Counted from the first letter of the stretch, positions 25,198-37,198 are shown. The stretch: DNA of 64,000 nt from Ignavibacteriaceae bacterium (GCA_036796535.1 DAIRCT010000005.1:574-64573); one strand, 5' to 3'. Numbers and translations: made by a program. The notes: a model not told the origin generated them from the sequence alone.

Positions 25198-25294
25198 GTC
25201 ATCACGAGTCCCGACGTGTCGGGACGAAGTGATCTCAATTAAACTTTAAATTTGAAAGATTACTTCTCCCAACTTTATCGGGATCGCATTGACA
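25198..25294. repeat. Third full copy of the modular multi-palindromic repeat element
   Basis: GTCATCACGAG | TCCCGACgtGTCGGGA | GAAGTGATC...GATTACTTC | TCCCAACTTTATCGGGA | TCGCATTGACA. Same module order as 14823-14918. Confidence 0.8.
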
Positions 25295-25468
25295 TTTTTA
25301 GACTTTTGATACTGCCTCTTAAAAAGAAAGAGCTTAAGAATTAGAAGCGTTTTAAAAGTTTACAATAACAAGCTGTTAACTTGGGTCAATAAAATATTTT
25401 GAAGTTTTTTAGGTAGAATTATTTTGGTCAGAAAAAAAATATTATCGTTTATTCAGAACATTAATTTT

Positions 25469-27010
25469 ATGAATATTAAAGTTGAGCTTCTTAAAAAAGC
25501 TGTTTGGCTGAGTTTAGCGGGACTCGTACTTTTATTTTCATTAGTATCGTGTTATGATGAAATGCCTAATAACCCGGTTGCAAACCAACCACCAACTACT
25601 AAAATATTTCTTCAACCTGATGAAAGTATTACTCAACAACCAAGTAAAATTAGACTACATTGGACAGGAGACGATCCTGATGGAATAGTAATCGGATTTT
25701 ATTTTTCGTTTGATGGAGTTCATTGGGCATTCACAGCAAAGAATGATAGTTTATTCGAATTAAAAATTGGTGCAGTTGATACAACTTTTGATTTTAGAAT
25801 CTCGGCGGTTGATAATAGTGGAAATGGTAAGTACGATACTCAAATTTTTCAGAATAATATCAATTATGGACCCGAACCTTATACAGATAGAAATCATAAC
25901 GGGAAATGGGATGAGGGTGAACCATTTATTGATATTGGTTTAATTGATCCAAATCCAGCAACTCTTTTGCTACCGATTAAAAATTCTGCTCCTGTAATTT
26001 CATGGAATGTACTAAGCACAATTCCCGATACTTCTTTCCCTGCAATGTCTTTTGGTTGGAACGTTACTGATATTGATGGCGATGAAACAATTACAAGAAT
26101 TAAAATTGCTTTAAACGATACAGCTAATGCTATTTATTTAAATGGCGGGGTCAGAACTATTACGGTTAAGACCAAAGATTTTGTAAATGATAATCCATTG
26201 TTAGACATACTGATAGATGGAAATCCGAGTAATTTAGCACCAGTAAAACTACCTGGTTTAATTTACAATTCTAATAACAAGATATTTGTTCAGGCAGAAG
26301 ATATTTCAAGTGCTAAATCCAAATGGATATCCTTGCCGGATTCAACTCATACATGGTATGTTAAAAAGCCAAAAGGCAAATTGCTAATTGTTGATGATTA
26401 TAAGATAGTTGATGATGCCGCAGGTTTTTACCTTCAGATGATGGATAGCTTAGGATTTACTAACAAATATGATATACTAAATTTACAGGTATCAAAATTC
26501 CCTTACTTAAACACAACATTTTTAGAAACAATAAAGTTATACGATGCTGTTTTGTGGTACACTGATAATGATCCTTCATTAAATCTTGCAAACTTTGCAG
26601 TTCAAAATTATAATGCAGCAGGTGGAAAATTATTTTTATCAATGCAATTCCCCCAAACGATTGACTTATTGCAGATAGAAGGATTTTTACCGATTGAAAC
26701 CGATTCAAGTTATTACAGATCCAGTATTTCTTTAAATACCTTAGTTGCTTCAAAGGATTCCTTAAATTATCCTAATCTGATGTCGAACAGATCTTTTGCA
26801 AGAGTAAGAGCATTTAAACTTAAAAGTCTTGGCGTTACTCCACTTTACTATTTCCCAAATGGTGAACTTAAAGGTTACATCGGATTTGAAAATAGTGGTA
26901 AAAATTTATTTTATATCGGTGCACCTTTACAGAGGATTAATGGTAAACCGGGAAGCATTCAGAAATTATTAAGAAAAGTTTTATTTAATGATTTTAATTT
27001 AACTTTATGA
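25469..27010 (+). CDS. Lipoprotein of unknown function
   Basis: Lipobox LVSC after MNIKVELLKKAVWLSLAGLVLLFS. The ORF-track TTG start is at 25424. 4-nt overlap region with the next ORF. Confidence 0.6.
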   Translation: MNIKVELLKKAVWLSLAGLVLLFSLVSCYDEMPNNPVANQPPTTKIFLQPDESITQQPSKIRLHWTGDDPDGIVIGFYFSFDGVHWAFTAKNDSLFELKIGAVDTTFDFRISAVDNSGNGKYDTQIFQNNINYGPEPYTDRNHNGKWDEGEPFIDIGLIDPNPATLLLPIKNSAPVISWNVLSTIPDTSFPAMSFGWNVTDIDGDETITRIKIALNDTANAIYLNGGVRTITVKTKDFVNDNPLLDILIDGNPSNLAPVKLPGLIYNSNNKIFVQAEDISSAKSKWISLPDSTHTWYVKKPKGKLLIVDDYKIVDDAAGFYLQMMDSLGFTNKYDILNLQVSKFPYLNTTFLETIKLYDAVLWYTDNDPSLNLANFAVQNYNAAGGKLFLSMQFPQTIDLLQIEGFLPIETDSSYYRSSISLNTLVASKDSLNYPNLMSNRSFARVRAFKLKSLGVTPLYYFPNGELKGYIGFENSGKNLFYIGAPLQRINGKPGSIQKLLRKVLFNDFNLTL

Positions 27011-27072
27011 ACATCCATTTAAGAATGAATAATTTATACCAATCAGTTTCATCATTTAATTTAATTTTATTG

Positions 27073-29883
27073 ATGAAAAAATTTCATTTAATAATATTTT
27101 TAATTTTAATTTCAATCGTTCAATTAAATGCGCAAACCGGCACAATATCAGGCAAAATTATAGATAAGAAAACCGGAGAAACTTTACCCGGCGTTAATAT
27201 AATTCTTAAAGGCACATATTACGGCGCAGCCACTGATATAAATGGAAAGTTTACTATACCTGCAATCAATCCCGGAACTTATACTATTGAAATTTCCTTA
27301 ATCGGTTATAAATCTGTTCAACTTACCGGATATCAAATTTCTTCAGGTCAAAATAAAAAAATTGATGTTGAACTTGAGGAAACTGTATTAACTCTTGGGC
27401 AGGATGTTATTGTTGTTGGTGAAAAACCATTACTTGATGTTGAGGAAACTCAAAGCAAAAGAACTATCTCGAAAGAAGATATCGCGTCTTCCATCGTTGA
27501 AAACATTACTGATCTTGTTAGTTTGCAGGCAGGTGTAGTCAAATCTGATAATGAAATTCATATTCGCGGTGGCAGATCATACGAGAATGCGTTTTTACTT
27601 GATGGAGTTTCAGTACAAGATCCGCTTGCGGGAACAGGGTTCGGCCTTCAACTCAGTGCTAATTCCATTGAAGAGGTTGAAGTTATAACCGGCGGTTATA
27701 ATGCAGAGTTTGGTCAGGCAACATCAGGCGTTGTAAATGTGCGAACACGTGAAGGTGGAGATAGATATCACGGATCAATTTCATATAAAACTGATCATTT
27801 AAAAGACAGATCATCTTACCATATTTTTAATACAGATATACTTGAAGCTAATTTTAGCGGACCTGAACCGATAACTACTTATATTTTACCGGAGCTTGGA
27901 TTAAAAATTCCCGGAGAGTTATCCTTCTTCGCTAATTTTTATGCTGGCATCAGCGATGGAATTACACAGGGTTATTATAAAGCTACCGCAAATAAAGTTT
28001 ATTCCTCTATTTTTCACGGTTCAAAATTTGCACCACGCGCAGAGAATAACTGGTTTTGGATGGGCAAGTTAACTTATAAATATTCACCAACATTAAAATT
28101 TAATTATTCAGTAAATCAATCAGTAAACATCAATCAAAATTCGCAATCATTACAATCGAATCTTGAGTATGTTGAACCAAGTCCGGGTTATCAATATGCG
28201 TATCAAAGAATACTTGATAGTGCAAATACATATACTCACAGCAATATCTATCAAACTTTTGGTGTAACTCATACATTAAATCCAAAAACATTTTATGAAT
28301 TAAAATTTAATTACTTCTTTACTCATTTAAGAGCTGATGCAAACGGCAAGCAATGGTATCAATATAATGAGCATCTTGATATTCCAAATTTTCCGATTGA
28401 GTACTATAATACAAATCGTGATACAATTGGTATAATTCCAGGTGATGGTTTTTGGGATATTGGTAATCCTGATACCTGGCATGATCATTATGTGCAGGAG
28501 TATTCATTACGCGGTGATTTAACCAGCTTTTTTGATGAGAAAAATAAATTTAAGGCAGGATTTGAAGTTAAGTTTCAGGAAATGCAGTCGATTGATATTT
28601 ATCAACCATGGGTGGGAGAACTTGGATTTAATAATGATATCTACAAAGTTCGGCCTGCACTGGGATCATTTTATGCGCAAGATAACATTAATTTTTCCGG
28701 TATGATATTAAATTTTGGTCTGCGTTTAGATTACTGGTTTCCGGGTAAATATGTTGATGATGCAATAAATAATCCTGATGTAATTACTATTCCGGATGAA
28801 ACAAGAATAAATTATAAAAATGATACTTTTGGTTGGTTCGGTGATAGAAGATTCAAAGCAAGATTAAGCCCTCGTCTTGGTATATCACATCCGGTTTCAG
28901 ATAATCAAACATTATTTTTCTCTTATGGACATTTCAGTAAATGGCCTAATCCGCAATTTGTTTATGCAAAACTGGATCCGGTTAGTGCACAATCATCATT
29001 TCAGAAATTTGGAAATCCAAATCTTAATCCTGAAACAACTGTTGCCTATGAACTTGGATTAAAAACTCAATTTTCTAATGATGATGTTTTAACGATAACA
29101 GCTTATTATAAAGATATTTTTGATTATGTAAGCACAAGGACTGCAATAATTTCTTCCGTAAGACTTTCATCGCGCAGCTTTACAACTTACGTTAATTCTG
29201 ATTATGCACGATCAAGAGGAGTTGAAGTTGAGTACAGAAAACGAATAGGGAAATGGTTTTCGGGTTCAGCTAATTTCACATACTCGATTGTTACCGGTAA
29301 GAGCACTTCACCGGATGAAGGCGTTCTTGTTTTAAGAGGTGATATTAATGAATCTGTAAAAGAATTATATATGAGTTGGGATCGCCCGATTAATGCATCT
29401 GTTTCAACTAATTTTTATGTTGAAAAAAACAATGCATTATTCGGATTTGGCAATGGAATACTTGATGATTACAATCTTTCAATCAGAGGTCAATTTCAAT
29501 CGGGTAAAAGATATACGCCTGTCGTTTTTACAGGAATTTCTTCGCAAACAGGAAGACCGGAATATGAAAGCAGCAAGTATGATCGTAACAGTAAAATAGG
29601 TGATAATTGGTTCTGGATTGATTTGAATTTTGAGAAATATTTTTCAATAAGCCAATTGAAATTTTCTTTCTTTGTCGAAATAAACAACTTACTCGATACT
29701 AAAAATTCAGCTATAATAAATCCGGTAACTGGTAGAGCTTATGAATATGGTGATCCAACTCCTCTGGGCTGGAATGATCCATTATATCCTGATTTACAAG
29801 CACCGATTTCACCTTATCCATACAATCCGGCAAGATATTTAACTCGTAGAAATATAAAAATTGGCGTGAGTTTGAGATTTTAA
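27073..29883 (+). CDS. TonB-dependent receptor-like outer-membrane protein with N-terminal carboxypeptidase-regulatory-like domain
   Basis: Signal MKKFHLIIFLILISIVQLNAQ. The CarbopepD_reg-like segment is GTISGKIIDKKTGETLPGVNIILKGTYYGAATDINGKFTI. Plug-like region (IHIRGGRSYENAFLLDGVSVQDP...GGYNAEFGQATSGVVNV). Large barrel ending ...GVSLRF. Confidence 0.8.
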   Translation: MKKFHLIIFLILISIVQLNAQTGTISGKIIDKKTGETLPGVNIILKGTYYGAATDINGKFTIPAINPGTYTIEISLIGYKSVQLTGYQISSGQNKKIDVELEETVLTLGQDVIVVGEKPLLDVEETQSKRTISKEDIASSIVENITDLVSLQAGVVKSDNEIHIRGGRSYENAFLLDGVSVQDPLAGTGFGLQLSANSIEEVEVITGGYNAEFGQATSGVVNVRTREGGDRYHGSISYKTDHLKDRSSYHIFNTDILEANFSGPEPITTYILPELGLKIPGELSFFANFYAGISDGITQGYYKATANKVYSSIFHGSKFAPRAENNWFWMGKLTYKYSPTLKFNYSVNQSVNINQNSQSLQSNLEYVEPSPGYQYAYQRILDSANTYTHSNIYQTFGVTHTLNPKTFYELKFNYFFTHLRADANGKQWYQYNEHLDIPNFPIEYYNTNRDTIGIIPGDGFWDIGNPDTWHDHYVQEYSLRGDLTSFFDEKNKFKAGFEVKFQEMQSIDIYQPWVGELGFNNDIYKVRPALGSFYAQDNINFSGMILNFGLRLDYWFPGKYVDDAINNPDVITIPDETRINYKNDTFGWFGDRRFKARLSPRLGISHPVSDNQTLFFSYGHFSKWPNPQFVYAKLDPVSAQSSFQKFGNPNLNPETTVAYELGLKTQFSNDDVLTITAYYKDIFDYVSTRTAIISSVRLSSRSFTTYVNSDYARSRGVEVEYRKRIGKWFSGSANFTYSIVTGKSTSPDEGVLVLRGDINESVKELYMSWDRPINASVSTNFYVEKNNALFGFGNGILDDYNLSIRGQFQSGKRYTPVVFTGISSQTGRPEYESSKYDRNSKIGDNWFWIDLNFEKYFSISQLKFSFFVEINNLLDTKNSAIINPVTGRAYEYGDPTPLGWNDPLYPDLQAPISPYPYNPARYLTRRNIKIGVSLRF

Positions 29884-29884
29884 T

Positions 29885-30862
29885 ATGAAATATTTAATAA
29901 CATTTTTATTAGTAATAATTACTTTTGCAGAAATTAAACCCCAACTTTTTCCTATGCTTGGTGGTCAGCGAGCAGGAATATCTACTGCACAGTTTCTAAA
30001 AATTGGAGTTGGCGGAAGAGCAACTGCAATGGGTGATGCCTTCATTGCAGTCGCTAATGATGCATCTGCTTTATATTGGAATCCTGCCGGATTATCACAG
30101 TTTGAAGATAACCAAATTATTTTTTCACATAATAATTGGGTTGTAGATATCAATCATGAATTTTTAGGAGCCGTTTATCACCTTGATGATGCAAATACAT
30201 TTGGAGTTTCTTTAACTTCACTTTCAATGCAAGATATGAAAGTAACGACAGAGTTTGCGCCATTTGGAACCGGCGAATACTTTGGATTCAGTGATCTTGG
30301 TCTGGCAATTTCCTATTCAAGAAAAATGACAGATCAGTTTAGCTTTGGCGGAACAATTCGTTATATCGAAGAAACATTGGACGTTCTAAAAATGCGTGGT
30401 ATTATGATTGATCTTGGTACTTATTATTGGACAGGATTAGGAACAACCCGTTTTGCAGTAACAGTATCAAATTTTGGAAATAATCTTGCACCTGATGGAG
30501 AAGTTGTTCTTATAGGTAAAAGATCTAAATCAGATTGGCAGGCATTTTCACCACCAACAATTTTTAGAATTGGTTTTGCCTTCGAACCTTATCAGGATGA
30601 TGAAAATAAAATAACAACTTCCATACAACTTAATCATCCGAATGATAACAGTGAAAACTTATCTTTAGGTCTTGAATACGTCTGGAACAAAATGTTCTTT
30701 GCCAGAGGCGGATATAAATTTAATGTGGATGAACAAAATTATTCATTCGGCGCAGGAATTAATCTCCCAATTAACATTGCTAATGTTAGTGTTGATTATG
30801 CATTTGCCAACTTTACCAGATTAGGTTCAGCACATCGATTTTCTATTATACTTGGTTTATAA
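29885..30862 (+). CDS. Outer-membrane beta-barrel protein, PorV-like
   Basis: 325 aa with a signal peptide. N-terminal motif GGRATAMGDAFIAVANDASALYWNPAGL resembles the PorV-type motif as I recall it. Alternating strand pattern. Confidence 0.5.
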   Translation: MKYLITFLLVIITFAEIKPQLFPMLGGQRAGISTAQFLKIGVGGRATAMGDAFIAVANDASALYWNPAGLSQFEDNQIIFSHNNWVVDINHEFLGAVYHLDDANTFGVSLTSLSMQDMKVTTEFAPFGTGEYFGFSDLGLAISYSRKMTDQFSFGGTIRYIEETLDVLKMRGIMIDLGTYYWTGLGTTRFAVTVSNFGNNLAPDGEVVLIGKRSKSDWQAFSPPTIFRIGFAFEPYQDDENKITTSIQLNHPNDNSENLSLGLEYVWNKMFFARGGYKFNVDEQNYSFGAGINLPINIANVSVDYAFANFTRLGSAHRFSIILGL

Positions 30863-30933
30863 ATATTATTTAATTCTAATCAACTTTTTTTGATGATATG
30901 AATCTTAATCAATTAATTAAAAAACTTAATCTA

Positions 30934-32016
30934 ATGAAGAAATTTTTTGCAGTATTTCTTATCGCAATTATAATTGCAGGATGTTCTGATAAATTTGATA
31001 TCAATCAGTTTAGCGCATACAATAATAATGTGAATATTGGTGGAGATACACTCTATATTCAAACCGGCGAACCATTAAAAGGTTTCAACAATCCTCAGGC
31101 CATGTTAATGGGTAAGGAACCTTTTATTTATGTATGCGATACTGATAATAATAGAATTGTTATGATTGATATTGCAGGAATAGTTCATGGAAGTCTGCCG
31201 ATTAAAAGACCCATTGCGATTGCACAAGATTATAGATTAAACCTGATTGTTTGCGCCGATTTTGATACTGCAAACGTAACTTATAGTGCAATTTATAAGA
31301 TAGATCTTTTCTCCGCCGGGCATCAGATTCAAAATGCAAAAGTTACCAGAATACTTCCAATCAGAGATGTTGATTTTAATGTCCAAAGACGTTACACTGC
31401 TGTAACGGTATTTTATGATAATTCATTTTTTGTTGCCAGAACAGGACCGAACAACTCGAGTGTTTCTAATCCTGATAATTCTATTTTCAAAATTGCCCCA
31501 AAGAAATTAGCAGCGGGTGGTGATATTTTAGTCCCTTCAGATGGGGATACACTTACCATTGAACGCGTTCCTTTTATTGATCCATTAAGTCAGGGTTTGA
31601 TTTCTGCAAACGGAATAAATTGTATGACATCTTTTAACAAAAATAATATGGATTTTATTGCAACTTTATCAGGTGAATCAAGTTTTAAAGCACAATGGTT
31701 CCATTTTTATTCATCAGGTATTGAAGAAAAATATGTTAGTCAATTTAATCCAAGAGATGGAGTAGATTTTGTTAAACCGAACAGATTTTTGAACCCCGTT
31801 GGTTCTTGTTTAGACCAATCAGGAAATATCTATATAGCAGATGCTGGAAAGGACAGCGTATTTAAATTTAACTCATCGGGTAATGAACTTCAGTCGTTCG
31901 GTGGCTCTGCAATTTTTAACAAGCCCAGCGCAGTAGCGTATTTTAATAGAGTATTATACGTTTTAGATGCTGTAAAAAATCAAATATTAAGATTCAAATT
32001 ATCAACGGATTTATAA
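30934..32016 (+). CDS. Beta-propeller (NHL-repeat-like) lipoprotein
   Basis: Lipobox IAGC. Repeated segments of the type PxGxxxDxxGNIYIADxGxxxVxKF (e.g. PVGSCLDQSGNIYIADAGKDSVFKF, YVCDTDNNRIVMID). Confidence 0.55.
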   Translation: MKKFFAVFLIAIIIAGCSDKFDINQFSAYNNNVNIGGDTLYIQTGEPLKGFNNPQAMLMGKEPFIYVCDTDNNRIVMIDIAGIVHGSLPIKRPIAIAQDYRLNLIVCADFDTANVTYSAIYKIDLFSAGHQIQNAKVTRILPIRDVDFNVQRRYTAVTVFYDNSFFVARTGPNNSSVSNPDNSIFKIAPKKLAAGGDILVPSDGDTLTIERVPFIDPLSQGLISANGINCMTSFNKNNMDFIATLSGESSFKAQWFHFYSSGIEEKYVSQFNPRDGVDFVKPNRFLNPVGSCLDQSGNIYIADAGKDSVFKFNSSGNELQSFGGSAIFNKPSAVAYFNRVLYVLDAVKNQILRFKLSTDL

Positions 32017-35000
32017 TGAAAAATTTAAAAGGTGTACTGTTTGTTTTGATGCTTCTTACAATCTCTATTTATCCACAATCAATAATAATTAATGAAATCT
32101 ATAATTCAAGCGCCAGTGATGAATGGGTTGAATTATTAGTTGTTAATGATGGGGTTGATTTAAGAGGATGGGACATAAGAGATTTTAGTAGTGCTGGAGT
32201 CGCCCAACAGCCGTTGGTATTTACAAATAATTCATTATGGAGTAATCTAAAAAAAGGAACCATCATTGTAGTAGGCAAAGCTGAAAATACATTTTTAGAA
32301 GATCTAGACCCAAGTGATTATTTACTAATAGTTAAATCAAATAATGCACTATATTTTTCAGGGAATGTTTTTTCATTTGCAGGTGCTTCAGATGCTGTTC
32401 AAATTCGTAACAGTTCTCAGACTCACATATTTGGTGTATCCTGGGGCTCAGCTAATGCCAATAGTTTACCAAGCCCTAAAGTCCATTTTACCGGTTCATC
32501 GACAAGCAATACATCTACATTCTTTAAAGAAGATGATGTTTCAAAATTGACTAATACCACGAATTGGACTCAGAATGGAACGCCTACAATGGGTGTTGGT
32601 AATACCACAAATAATATTAACTGGATAACTTCATTAAGAGCACGTGTAGAAGGTTCCGGTAGCGTTACATTAAATCCGAAAGTAGTAACAGGTGATTCCG
32701 TAATCAATCTATCTTTTAGTTATAAAAAAGAATCTCTGTATAATATAAATAAGTTAAAAATTATTATTCCCGCAGGTTTTTCCTGGTCTCAGAATATTTC
32801 GCACGTTGCCATCACAAATTTTACAGCAACAACAGAAGTAAATGCAGATACCATCCTTTTTACAAATATTAATTTTACTAATGACTCAGTTTTGATATCA
32901 ATTTCTGATGTTACTACTCCTTTCTTTACAGGCAAGTATAAATTTTTATTTCAATCCGGTATTGATTCACAAATTGATAATGTAAGTCCCACACCAATTT
33001 TAACAGTTTATGGTGCACCAATACCAATAGCAGATGCAAAAGAAAATTATCCGAATGGTGTGGCTATTCATTTAGGTGAATTAGTTACAATAAGAGGAAT
33101 AGTTACGGTAAGTAATCAATTTGGCAGTCCAAGTTATATACAAGATAATAGTGCAGGCATTTCTATCTATGGATCGGGTTTTTCAAATGCAGTTCAAGTT
33201 GGGGATGAGGTGCTTGTTTCAGGCACAATCACTCAATTCAGTGGATTAAATCAATTAGAACTCCCAACTTTACATTCTATAATTAGCAGTGGCAACACAG
33301 TTGAACCATTGCTTGTAAGTCCTCTAATGTTAAGCGGTGATGGTATAGATGGTATTGAGAATTATGAGGGCAGGCTTGTTCGTGTTAACGCCGTTTTGGT
33401 TAGGGATTTAAATGGAAATGCTGTTAGTAATTGGGCCTATCAAAATTATATGTTAACTGGGTCAAACCTATCTGATACAGTGCAAATTAGAATTGATAAT
33501 GATACTCAAATAATTGGTACAGTTGCTCCTGCCGGTAGGTTTGATATGGTGGGAATTTTAAGCCAATATAAAACTGCACTTCCTTTTATTGGTGGATATC
33601 AATTGATGCCACGATTTTTATCCGATATCATTTCTAAAGGTCCTATTATAGACAGATATCCTGAAGAAGTTGAACTTATGCCAAACTCAATTACATTGGA
33701 ATGGCACACAATTAATCCGGGAACTTCAAGAGTCAGATATGGCAAGACTACTAATTACGAGCTAGGAGTAATTGAACCAGATAATGATTTAACCACTATT
33801 CATAACATTACAGTAAGTGGTCTAAACACTGCAAATATATATAATTTACAAGCTTTTTCAGTAGCTAATTCTGATACAAGTTTTTCAGGGAATATCATCA
33901 GCAGTACAACTTCTGATTTTCCTACAACTGGAGAAATCAATGTATTCTTCAATAAAGATGTAAACTACAGTGTCTCGGCTGGAATTAATGCTGTTGGAAA
34001 TGCTGACTTTACAAGTCTATTAATTCAAAAAATAAATAATGCAAAACGTTCCATCGATTTATCACTTTATAGCTTAAGCGGAACTGTTGGTGCCAATGTT
34101 GCAACAGCTTTATTGAATGCTAAAAATCGTGGTGTTAAGATCAGAGCAATTGGAGAATTTGATAATAAAAATACAGCCCCATGGAATACTTTAAGAAATA
34201 ATGGCATTCCATTTATCGATGATACGTTTGGGAATAATGACGGAAGCGGGCTTAATCATAACAAATTTTTTATTATTGATTACCGTAATGGTGCACCTGA
34301 CAGTGTTTGGGTAATTACAGGTTCATGGAATCCAACTGATCCAGGGACAAATGATGACAGCCAGAATTTACTTTTCATTCAGGATGTAGCATTAGCTGGT
34401 GCATATACTACAGAATTTGAAGAAGAGTGGGGAAGTGATACAGATACACCGAATGCACAAAATTCAAGATTTGGTTCTCGTAAATTGAACAACACACCTC
34501 ACAACTTTGTAATTGGTGGTATCAAGGTCCAAAGTTATTTTAGCCCAAGTGATGGAACAAATTATCAAATTGGTAAAGCATTAGGTAAAGCTGAAAAATC
34601 AATAAATGGGGCAGTAATGACTATTACCCGAAGAGATTTAGCAGATTCAGTTATTGCTGCTAAAAATAGGAATTGTAAAACCAGATTAGTTTTAAGCAAC
34701 GACACTGATACCGGAACTCAATATCCATATTTACTTGCTAATGGTGTTGATATCAGATTAAAAGGATTTTCTACCGGATTGCTTCATCATAAATATGCAG
34801 TAATTGATGCTGAGCCAATCGGATATAAACCATACTTAATTACTGGCTCACATAATTGGTCTTCATCAGCGGAAAATAGTAATAATGAAAACACATTGAT
34901 TATTCAGGATGATAAAATTGCCAATTTATATTTGCAAGAATTCGCAGCCAGATATTATGAAGCCGGCGGTAAAGATTCTATTAAAATTTATACAACGGGT

Positions 35001-35291
35001 GTTGATGAGGATAAGACCAAAATTCCTACAGAATTTATATTACATCAAAATTATCCGAACCCTTTTAATCCAAGCACAACCATAAAATTTGAAATTCCAA
35101 AATCTCAGAAAGTGCGACTTATTTTATTTGATATTTTGGGTAGGGAAGTAAAAACTCTCTATAATGATTTAGCTCCTGCCGGAGTAATTACAATTGATTT
35201 TAAAGCAGATGATTTAGCAAGCGGAATGTATATTTATCGCCTAAAAACAGATAATTTCTCAGTTTCGAAGAAGATGGTACTGCTTAAGTAA
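32016..35291 (+). CDS. Secreted multidomain T9SS cargo: lamin-tail-like domain + OB-like module + FN3 + PLD-superfamily (two HKD motifs) phosphodiesterase/nuclease
   Basis: 1091 aa. LTD-like IIINEIYNSSASDEWVELLVVNDGVDLRGWDIRDFS. OB-like GELVTIRGIVTVSNQFGSPSYIQDNSAGISIYG...GDEVLVSGTITQFSGLNQLE. FN3-like ITLEWHTINPGTSRVRYGKTTNYELG. HKD1 is HNKFFIID...GSWN, HKD2 is HHKYAVID...GSHN. CTD is NYPNPFNPSTTIKFE...GMYIYRLKTDNFSVSKKMVLLK. Confidence 0.8.
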   Translation: MKNLKGVLFVLMLLTISIYPQSIIINEIYNSSASDEWVELLVVNDGVDLRGWDIRDFSSAGVAQQPLVFTNNSLWSNLKKGTIIVVGKAENTFLEDLDPSDYLLIVKSNNALYFSGNVFSFAGASDAVQIRNSSQTHIFGVSWGSANANSLPSPKVHFTGSSTSNTSTFFKEDDVSKLTNTTNWTQNGTPTMGVGNTTNNINWITSLRARVEGSGSVTLNPKVVTGDSVINLSFSYKKESLYNINKLKIIIPAGFSWSQNISHVAITNFTATTEVNADTILFTNINFTNDSVLISISDVTTPFFTGKYKFLFQSGIDSQIDNVSPTPILTVYGAPIPIADAKENYPNGVAIHLGELVTIRGIVTVSNQFGSPSYIQDNSAGISIYGSGFSNAVQVGDEVLVSGTITQFSGLNQLELPTLHSIISSGNTVEPLLVSPLMLSGDGIDGIENYEGRLVRVNAVLVRDLNGNAVSNWAYQNYMLTGSNLSDTVQIRIDNDTQIIGTVAPAGRFDMVGILSQYKTALPFIGGYQLMPRFLSDIISKGPIIDRYPEEVELMPNSITLEWHTINPGTSRVRYGKTTNYELGVIEPDNDLTTIHNITVSGLNTANIYNLQAFSVANSDTSFSGNIISSTTSDFPTTGEINVFFNKDVNYSVSAGINAVGNADFTSLLIQKINNAKRSIDLSLYSLSGTVGANVATALLNAKNRGVKIRAIGEFDNKNTAPWNTLRNNGIPFIDDTFGNNDGSGLNHNKFFIIDYRNGAPDSVWVITGSWNPTDPGTNDDSQNLLFIQDVALAGAYTTEFEEEWGSDTDTPNAQNSRFGSRKLNNTPHNFVIGGIKVQSYFSPSDGTNYQIGKALGKAEKSINGAVMTITRRDLADSVIAAKNRNCKTRLVLSNDTDTGTQYPYLLANGVDIRLKGFSTGLLHHKYAVIDAEPIGYKPYLITGSHNWSSSAENSNNENTLIIQDDKIANLYLQEFAARYYEAGGKDSIKIYTTGVDEDKTKIPTEFILHQNYPNPFNPSTTIKFEIPKSQKVRLILFDILGREVKTLYNDLAPAGVITIDFKADDLASGMYIYRLKTDNFSVSKKMVLLK

Positions 35292-35357
35292 ATAGATTAA
35301 AAGTTTGTTTAAGTAGGGTTGATTCTATAATTTTACACCTCAAAAATCAATAAATAA

Positions 35358-36776
<1,419 letters not shown>

Positions 36777-36778
36777 TA

Positions 36779-37198
36779 ATGATTATGAATGAATTAACTC
36801 TTGATATCGTAACTCCTTCTAAATCTGTCTTTAAAGGTGAGATAAAATCTATTACTGTTCCAGGGACGAAGGGAAGTTTTCAGGTTTTAAAAAATCACGC
36901 ACCTATAGTAAGTACTTTTGAAATTGGAATGATTAAAGTTGAACTGCCTGACTCAAAAAATAATTACTATGCAACTGCAGGCGGTACGATTGAAGTACTT
37001 GATAATGAAATTATTGTTCTGGCAGATTCTATTGAATCAGTTAGTGATATAGATGTTGAAAGGGCAGAAAAAGCAAAACAACGTGCCAAAGAAAGACTGG
37101 CAAATAAAACAAGTGAAACAAATGTTTTACGTGCAAGAGCAGCACTTGCCAGGGCCATAAATAGATTAAACGTTAGGGAAAAATACTCTAATGAATAA
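36779..37198 (+). CDS. atpC: F1 ATP synthase epsilon subunit
   Basis: 139 aa, immediately after atpD. LDIVTPSK...ATAGGTIEVLDNEIIVLAD...RAKERL pattern. Confidence 0.9.
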   Translation: MIMNELTLDIVTPSKSVFKGEIKSITVPGTKGSFQVLKNHAPIVSTFEIGMIKVELPDSKNNYYATAGGTIEVLDNEIIVLADSIESVSDIDVERAEKAKQRAKERLANKTSETNVLRARAALARAINRLNVREKYSNE

